Source: Zygnema circumcarinatum SAG 698-1b
Lineage: Eukaryota; Plantae; Zygnematophyceae
Direction of reading: 5' to 3'
Assembly (NCBI GenBank): GCA_037447605.1
Contig: CM074807.1
Span: forward strand, 3,484,829-3,548,828
DNA: 64,000 bases
The notes beneath the pieces are model-generated. The model was not told the DNA's origin and did not search any database. It saw only the letters and a list, made by a program, of their open reading frames with translations. The translations under genes and the position numbers were made by a program. Shown here in pieces: positions 48,707-64,000 of this stretch (its first letter is position 1; the number at the start of each line of letters is the position of its first letter).

Positions 48707-49399
48707 TTCCGAGTTAGGGCTCAGAGCCACCGTTCCGTGCTGGACTTGCGGCAGCAATCCGTAAAACGGAACGGGTTTTTCGGCAGGGAGACAGCTGATT
48801 TCCGTGCGGACATTTGTTCGAGGTCCTCGACCCGACAAAAAAATTTGTAAGCGAAATTTGCAGCAATAGTTGTCAGAAAGTGGCCGAGGATCGTACGAAA
48901 GATTGATCGTACAATCAATCGTACATAAGATTTAACCGTACACTTGATATTATTGAGACAGGATCGAATCTTGGGTATGGCGGCAGACGCCCTCGGGCAG
49001 GTTCTTTTGTTCTTTTTGGAAATTGTCAATGGTGTACGAAATGGTACGACAGTTTTAACGTATTCGCTGGTCAAGGCCGGCTTTCGGGACTCTCCTGGGC
49101 TACTCGTAGGGCTTGATGACTGAATGCGGACAAAATACCATACGGTCGGCCACCGTTTCATACGGTCAAATCTGTGCTTTTGGAATAGATACGATTTGGA
49201 ATCTGTAGATTTGGGATCTGGTCAGATTGCGGGCAGAGGAAGAACATTCTTTGACGGGCAAATGGAAAGTTTCTGGTCGAGGTCTCGCCGGACAGCTGCT
49301 GCATTTTCATTGGCTGAACGCCCAAAAATTAGTTTTTTTCTTGACGATGGGCAGGCACATATGAAAGAGAATATTTGCGGTCCCTTTTTTTATTAGGGT

Positions 49400-49530
49400 C
49401 TAAACTTTTTTTTGGCTAGATACACACCTTTTTCTCAAGTCAGATTTTATTTTATGGTTTTAAGGGTTTTGGGGAATTTTTTGAAAGGTGTATCTATCCA
49501 AAAAGGTATGTGAATAGAAAATTCCTTTTT
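49400..49530. mobile_element. MITE-like hairpin element (family A, second copy)
   Basis: tagatacacacctttttctcaagtcagatttt...aaaggtgtatctatccaaaaaggtatgtgaatag aligns by eye with the reverse complement of 8370-8505. Confidence 0.6.
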
Positions 49531-50774
49531 TTTTCCGGAATAATAATTTTGTTTCTGCCAGCCTATATTTTACGGGCAGCCGTGGCACCGTCCGATTAAC
49601 CACTTCTAGAAAGTGCGTCGACGATCTCTACACGTGGCAGCTTCCCTTTGGCTTCCTCGCTAGTTGCGAGCCAACCATTGGCCGAGTTGGAGATTCTGCG
49701 GCACGTCCGGACATGTTTCAGGACTGACCGTACTCCAATGGTAAACCTATTTAAATGTTTGCAAAAAAAAGGAAAAAGAAATCTATCTGGCGGTATGCCG
49801 GAAAACCGGATACTTTCCACAACAGACAAATCATATAGTACCTTTAACTGTACAGTGCAGCACACGGTCAGCTGTAAAGATTTAGATTACCAACGAGTTT
49901 TTTTTAGTGTGGATTCGAATAACACGCCCGAACAAGTCTCGTCAGATTCTCAAATCCGTCCCTGAGATTTCAATTCATCCAATGATAACGATCTCGAACG
50001 AACAGATCTCCATTCCAGATTCTATGTGATCCTACATTTGTCCTTTCTCCAAAGAAGGACTTCAAACCAATCCATCTCACAGCCCCTCCAGATTCGAACG
50101 AATCTCAATCGTATCCTATAGATTCTTTCGTATCCCTCTGACAGGGCCCCGGGCGGCTGACGCGCATCCCTCCGATAAATGCGGAGCGGGGGGTACAGTG
50201 GACCGTACGGCCCGCTGTCGCCGTTTTCCGCCTGGCAGACGCGACGTGACGCTACGCTACGTGACGTGGCGTGACGGGACGTGACGCGTGCGGCCAGGGC
50301 GGCCCAGGGAGAGCGGGCGGCGGCCGGGCAGGGGAGGGAGGGATAGGGAGGCGCGGAGATACGGTACGGAGAGAGAGAAAGAGAGGGGGGGAGAGGGAGA
50401 GGGAGAGGAAGAGGGAGAGGGGGAGGGAGAGAGGGCAAGGGAGAGGGGAAGGGGGCGAGGGAGAGGGGGAGGGGGAGGGGGAAAAGGGGAGGGGGAAAAG
50501 GGGAGGGGGAAAAGGGGAGAGGGAGAGGGAGAGAGGGGGAGAGGGAGAGGGAGAGGGGGAGAGGGAGAGGGGAAGAGGGGGAGAGAAAGGGAGGGAGGGG
50601 GAGGGAATGAGAAGGGGGAGTCGAAAAGGGAGGGTTGCAGGTATGGGGTGAGAGAACAGAGTGAGAGATGAGAACTTGAGAGAAAGACAGCGGCAGGGCG
50701 ATAGGAATGTGTTTGTAAAAGAGAGCGTGAGAGTGCGAGAGAGAGAGAGAGTGGGAGAGAGAGACTCTTGGCTG

Positions 50775-59019
<8,245 letters not shown>

Positions 59020-60188
59020 CAGGGAAAGGAAAGGAAGGGCTGTGCTCCAACCAAGGAGGGTTGTGCTCCAACCAAGGAGGGAAGAAGAGGAGGGCTTCCT
59101 CAAGTAGGAAGTTCGGCCATGCTTGCTCGTCGCCGCTGTACTTGTACTAACTGCTGAGCTGGAGTAAGGGCACAGCGGAGGGAGGGGTGTAAGGGAGGGG
59201 AAAAATGGTTGGGAGGTTGTTATCGACTGCTGGAAAGGGTCTTTGTAAAGGGAGGCAGGAAGCAAGCCGCAATGCGCAGCTTTGGGGGTCTGGATGAGAT
59301 GTCATGTAGGAAAAGTTTGGTAAGTGGCAGGAGGAGGAGTGGTTTGGTTAGCCCTTTGAAAGGCCTTCTTCTTCTTCTTCTTCTTCTTATGCAGATCTTA
59401 CTGCTGAAGAAAGACCTATCTATCATTCGTCCATGGCGGCGGTCTTAGTTATTAGGCTGCAGCGGAGCTCTATTTATCCTTTATTATTTGCTGAATCCTA
59501 TACTAGATAACAATTTAATATTCTTTTAGCGTCAAAGAGAGTCAAAGTATTCCATGTTTGAGAGCGCTTTGAGGATCGACAAATAATGAGAGCATACCTG
59601 TCCGCCCTTCTCAGATCGATCGATCGATCGCTGACTTGACCTTCCTCCCTGCCCTCCATCCGTCCATCTGCAATAGACCCCTCTCTGTTGCCCTCTCTGT
59701 TGGCCTCTCCTCTCTGGTGGCTTTAACGGTGGCGGCAACTGAGGAACATGTGATGGCAGCACTTCATGCTCGCATGCATGCATGCCTGGGGGAAGCAACT
59801 GTCCTCATGGGGTCGCCATGTGTGGTGCCACATCACATTGTTCAATAGGGCCATGCTGTGGGGAGTCATGCCATGTCATGCCGTGTCATGTCATGTTGTT
59901 TTTATGTACTCACATCCCATAAAAAATGGATGCATGGATGGGAGGCGACCAGCCCAGAAAGTGAAAGTGCAGTGCAGTGGAAAAGCTCAAGTAGACGGTC
60001 TGATCCCTCAGAGATTCCCCCAAATGGAATAACGAGAGGCTGGAGGTGGGGGGATTTTTCGTATCTAGGGATGGCCATATCGTAACTACATTACATTAGA
60101 AAAATGTTCTGAGCTGAAAGCTACGACTAGGCTTAATAAATTGTATTAGATTACAGGAAGAGGGTGATGTGATTATAGAAGGAAGTGG

Positions 60189-60320
60189 TGTGGCATTGAA
60201 CTCACGATGGCGATGATGTCATCAAATGTACATAGACGAAAACATCATGGGGAACCACGAGGATCTGCTCGCAATGGACCTAAGCACAAAAGGAAAATGC
60301 CAGGAGCTGAAAGCTACGCC
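60189..60320 (+). mobile_element. Dispersed repeat family B copy
   Basis: cacgatggcgatgatgtcatcaaatgtacat..catggggaaccacgagga..ggacctaag. Confidence 0.6.
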
Positions 60321-60517
60321 TCGGCTCAACAACGCTTCAAGTCCTCCCTCGAAGCAAGATTAAGATTAAAATTAAGATTAAGATTAAGATAAAGATCTTA
60401 AGATTTTCAGGTTATTCTACGCGCCCGCCCTTTACAATAAGCCCACCTTCCTAGAACCTTCCTCCCACTCCGCCCTTCGGCAGCTTCCAGGAAGTAGGAA
60501 AGCGGCATCCCTCGGCT

Positions 60518-60565
60518 TGACGTCAACCACCGTTTGATGACGTCATCACACGTTAGTTGACGTCA
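60518..60565. promoter_or_regulatory. Triple TGACGTCA (C-box/CRE) array upstream of DGAT2
   Basis: Perfect palindromes starting at 60518, 60538, 60558, ~300 nt before ATG 60861. Confidence 0.65.
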
Positions 60566-60860
60566 CTCATCGTCCCCTGCGGGACCGCGCCAAGTCCTGT
60601 CAGTCCCCCGGCGTCGTCGCTGCAAGTACGACAAATGTGCCCGCCTGGAGCGCCAGTCCGCCACTGTACGGTCTGCCGGTCGGAGCCGGCCGGCACTCCC
60701 GTCGAAGCCGGCCGACTACCAGATACGTGGCAGAGGCTGATTCGTCGATTTGATAAATGTGGTGTGCCCTTACCCCCCCTGCCTGCACTTATAACTCCAA
60801 TTCTTTTCTCTCCCTTTCTCTCCCTCTCCCTCCCTCTCCTTCTCACTCTCTCTCGCGACC

Positions 60861-63800
60861 ATGCCTATGGCGGACGGCGCCGCGGAGGAGGAGGTGCGGG
60901 GGGCCCCTCCCCCCCCCTCCTCCTCCTCCTCCTCCCTTCACAAGAGGAATGGCGGCTCTGCCAGCGCTCCTCCTCCTCCTCCCCCCTCCATCCGCCAGCT
61001 GGCGCCTCCGCACAGCACCACTGCATGGGACGTCGCCATCGTGACTTTCTATCACATGCTTCCGTTCACGCCGTTTCCGCTCATATTCAACATCCTGCTT
61101 CTGCAGTGGGGCTACGGGTACCTTCTATGCAGATCGCTGCTTTTACTTCTACGTGCTTGTTTTACATTTGTGGTTTGTGATTAACGCACGTAGCCCGTTG
61201 AAGGATGTAATACGAGCAGCATGCAGGAAAGGCTGGATGTCAGAGCAGCGGCATTTTTCTACATCTTGTGAGAGATATGTTTGATAGGGCATATGTTTTG
61301 TTTGTAGTTTGTAGTTTATATCTTGTTTTTACTTTGTAGTTTATAGTTTGTAGTTTTTCCTGGTTTTTTTAAAATGTGTGATATCGTTTCATGGTTCGGC
61401 ATTGGCGTGTGCCCATATTTAAGCAGAAAAGGAACTTCATAGCTTTGCCTTCATCAGCACCTTTCGCCAGGAAGACCTAACTTCAGTTTTTCTCACTTGT
61501 TTCCATGCGTTCATATCACATTTTAGCTCTAACGACATGCCATCTGTTATGGCATTTACAATACTGTAGAGTACATGGATCGCCGTATCTTGCTTACTCT
61601 TGTATCTCACTGACTGCGTCTGGGTTCGTTCCTGAATAATGTTCCGAGCAACCTATTGAACGTTCTAGTTCCACCAATCTCAGTGTGCTGATGTGAGGAA
61701 ACCGCTGACCCTGCATTGACAATGCATGTCTGCATTTCAGGAGATTTGGGTGGTGGGTGCTTGCCATTTTCTTTACCTTCTGCGCCATACTTTTGGCTCT
61801 ACCTCCGTTCTACAATCGTTCCTTCCGGCAACGATTACAGGTATGCCCTATAGCTCCAATTTCATGCTCTATCTCATCCTTACCTGATAGGAGATGGCTG
61901 CGTCGCACAATGATTGAGAGAGAGAGGGAGAGGGAGGAAGGAGAGAGAGAGAGGGTGGGTGGGAGGGGAAGGGACAAGGTTGAAGGGATGCAGGGATTCT
62001 ACATCGAAGGGATTCTTGTACTTTGCCGACGTCAAAGTTTTAGTCCTTTTGCTATGTATCGATTGAGCATACAATTCTAACCACATACTAATCAACTCAT
62101 TACCTTTCCTTTTGCAGTTTCTTTATGTTGCGTTAGCCCGCTATGTCCCTAAGGCACAGTTCATTGCTCCCACATCTCCAATTCCGCAACAGTCCTACAT
62201 CTTTGCCTTTCACCCTCACGGTCGAATGTTTTACTCAAACACAATGATGATCCAATTGGACAACATATGGCGCTACCCCTTTCTTCCAAAAGGTCAGCCA
62301 TGCATCAATGGCGTATATTTCATATCATTCTTGTCTTCATAGGCTTACAACTATCTCTTTGTTTCCTAGTTAGACACCGGGTGAAGTTAACCTCCCTCGT
62401 GAATGGACGGCTGGATGGCTCTGCAGGAGATCTCTTTGCAGCGGCAGCCGCAGGATTTTTCTCAGTCCCCTTTCTGAGAAATCTTTTGTACCTTATCGGA
62501 GCAATGCCTGCAAGTCGCAGCAACATTATTAGGCGGCTGAGGCAAGGGCACCATGTACGGAACAGAGCCTGCTACCTAACCCTAGAAACCCTAAAACTCT
62601 ACTCTCTACTCTTCTTGTTTGTGAGGAAATTAGGGTTAGGGTTGGAGGGGAGGTAGAGTTTCAAGGTGCTTTTTTCTTGTTTCCTGTCAGTGTTACTTCC
62701 GTAAGTAGAAAGGGTAGAACCCAAGGAAATGTTTTTTCTTATTTGCCCTAAAATCGAAGTCTGAATAAAACTATCACGTGTTGGGGCCCTGTCTTTCAGG
62801 TCGCAATTGTTGTGGGCGGAGTGAAGGAGGTCTGTGTTGGCACGGAGGATGCTGCAGACACTCTCTACCTCCTCAAGAGGTGAGAGAGAGAGAGCGAGAG
62901 AGAGAGAGAGAGAGAGAGAGGGGGCAGAGAGTTTGGGTTTGAAGGCGAAGGCCTCAAGCCTCCCTTTGTGTCGCCAAATTTTGAACGAAAGTTCATTTGA
63001 AAAAGATGAGTTCGATACATGCATAGGCATATGTTAATGACTATCATTGTCAACAACATCATGATCTTTCATTCTGGTTGCTTTTCATGTTTATAAACTC
63101 CATCATCATATCATAGCCGGTTGATCCAAACTGTGGCTATAAGCATAGGTTGGCTCAGGCTGAGGTTTGGGAAGAAATGGAGAAGCTTACACGGTTTCCG
63201 AGGGGGGGTTGGGGTTGGGCAGAAAAGGATTCATCAAAATTGCAATAGAGGAGAAAGTGGGCATAATACCCATTTACTGTTTCAATGAGAACAAAGTGAG
63301 AGGGCTCTCCCTGTGCCCTTTCGCCCCGTAAAAATCCCTAAGCACCTGCTTACCCTGCTTACGCTTAAATCGTGCTTTTGGGGCTCATTTAGAAAAGATG
63401 TCATGGAACTGAATCAGCAGTAGACACGAGTAGGCCTGAGAGTTTGTTTAGTTTTCCTCCTCTCCTCACTTCTTCTTCTCTCCTCTCCTCTCTTCTCCTC
63501 TCCTCACTTCCTCTTGACTTGAATCCGTTATTTTTGTGGAAACAGCTGTTCCGCCATGACCCCAAATGGCTGCTCAAATTTTGGGAAAAAGTGAACCGCC
63601 ATGTCAACGTGGGTGTTCCCTTCATGCGCGGAATATGGCAGCTCCCTCTTCCTTTCCGCAGGTCAGAATCTCCTTTAGGGCTTCTAAGACCGTCGTTTGA
63701 AAAGCATACAAATGATTGTTTGTGAAGTTCGTCTATTTTCTCGCTCCCTTTCTAACTCCAAGACAAGGCGAAGTGTGGGGACTGATCTAAAGTCATGGTG

Positions 63801-64000
63801 GGTGTCTTGAATCAGAACTTCGAAACAATGCACTGCCTGCATGTGAAAGCTGGCTAGGTCTTCTTCTCAGTCAGAAGATTGCAGAGAAGGGCAACCCTAA
63901 CGGGGGGTGTTATAGTTTCCGTTTCCGTTGCAGGGAGCTTCTCTGTGTTGTGGGAGACCCTATTTTCCCAAGAGAGGGAGAGAGTGTGGACGAGTTCCAC
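60861..64000 (+). CDS. Diacylglycerol acyltransferase type 2 (DGAT2/DGTT/MGAT family), 3' end outside window
   Basis: Exons 60861-61117, 61741-61840, 62118-62292 (YIFAFHPHG), 62427-62554 (FSVPFLR..GAMPASR), 62800-62879 (IVVGGVKE), 63223-63295 (RKGFIKIA..PIYCFNEN), 63546-63661 (RGIWQLPLPFR), 63934-end (VVGDPI); phases consistent. Confidence 0.92.

Noticed and set aside
48720-49960. Possible larger DNA-transposon remnant between dehydrogenase and kinase
   Set aside because: Only the ~130-bp hairpin aligns convincingly by eye; no transposase ORF or clear termini.
59038-59090. 21-nt direct duplication (tgtgctccaaccaaggaggg) after the kinase stop
   Set aside because: Two-copy slippage in 3' UTR; no further structure.

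Overview
Eukaryotic, intron-rich, gene-dense genomic DNA from a green plant. It is most likely a streptophyte alga or other non-seed streptophyte; this is inferred from land-plant-like orthologues combined with gene types angiosperms lack. I assembled 12 spliced protein-coding genes by hand from splice sites and reading-frame phase: LRR+EGF-like protein (5' truncated, +), ORMDL/ORM (-), organellar seryl-tRNA synthetase (+, middle exons missing near a gap), COQ3 (-), CPP1-like DUF3353 chaperone (-), WEE1 (-), SIRT5/CobB class III sirtuin (+), stearoyl-ACP desaturase (+), TVP38/TMEM64 DedA protein (-), bacterial-like TM0436-type Zn dehydrogenase (-, one corrupted exon), MASE1-sensor hybrid histidine kinase (+), and a DGAT2-family acyltransferase (+, 3' truncated). 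Non-coding space holds very long (AG)n/(CCTCT)n tracts, TTAGGG arrays, two small dispersed repeat families and several dense ACGT-core cis-element clusters. Most long ORFs in the supplied track are microsatellite artefacts. No rRNA, tRNA, CRISPR array or autonomous transposon was recognised. The strongest leads are the MASE1 hybrid kinase, the kinase-less LRR-EGF protein, the bacterial-type dehydrogenase, the class III sirtuin and a 20-bp-phased triple TGACGTCA array. All family assignments are from remembered motifs, not database searches.
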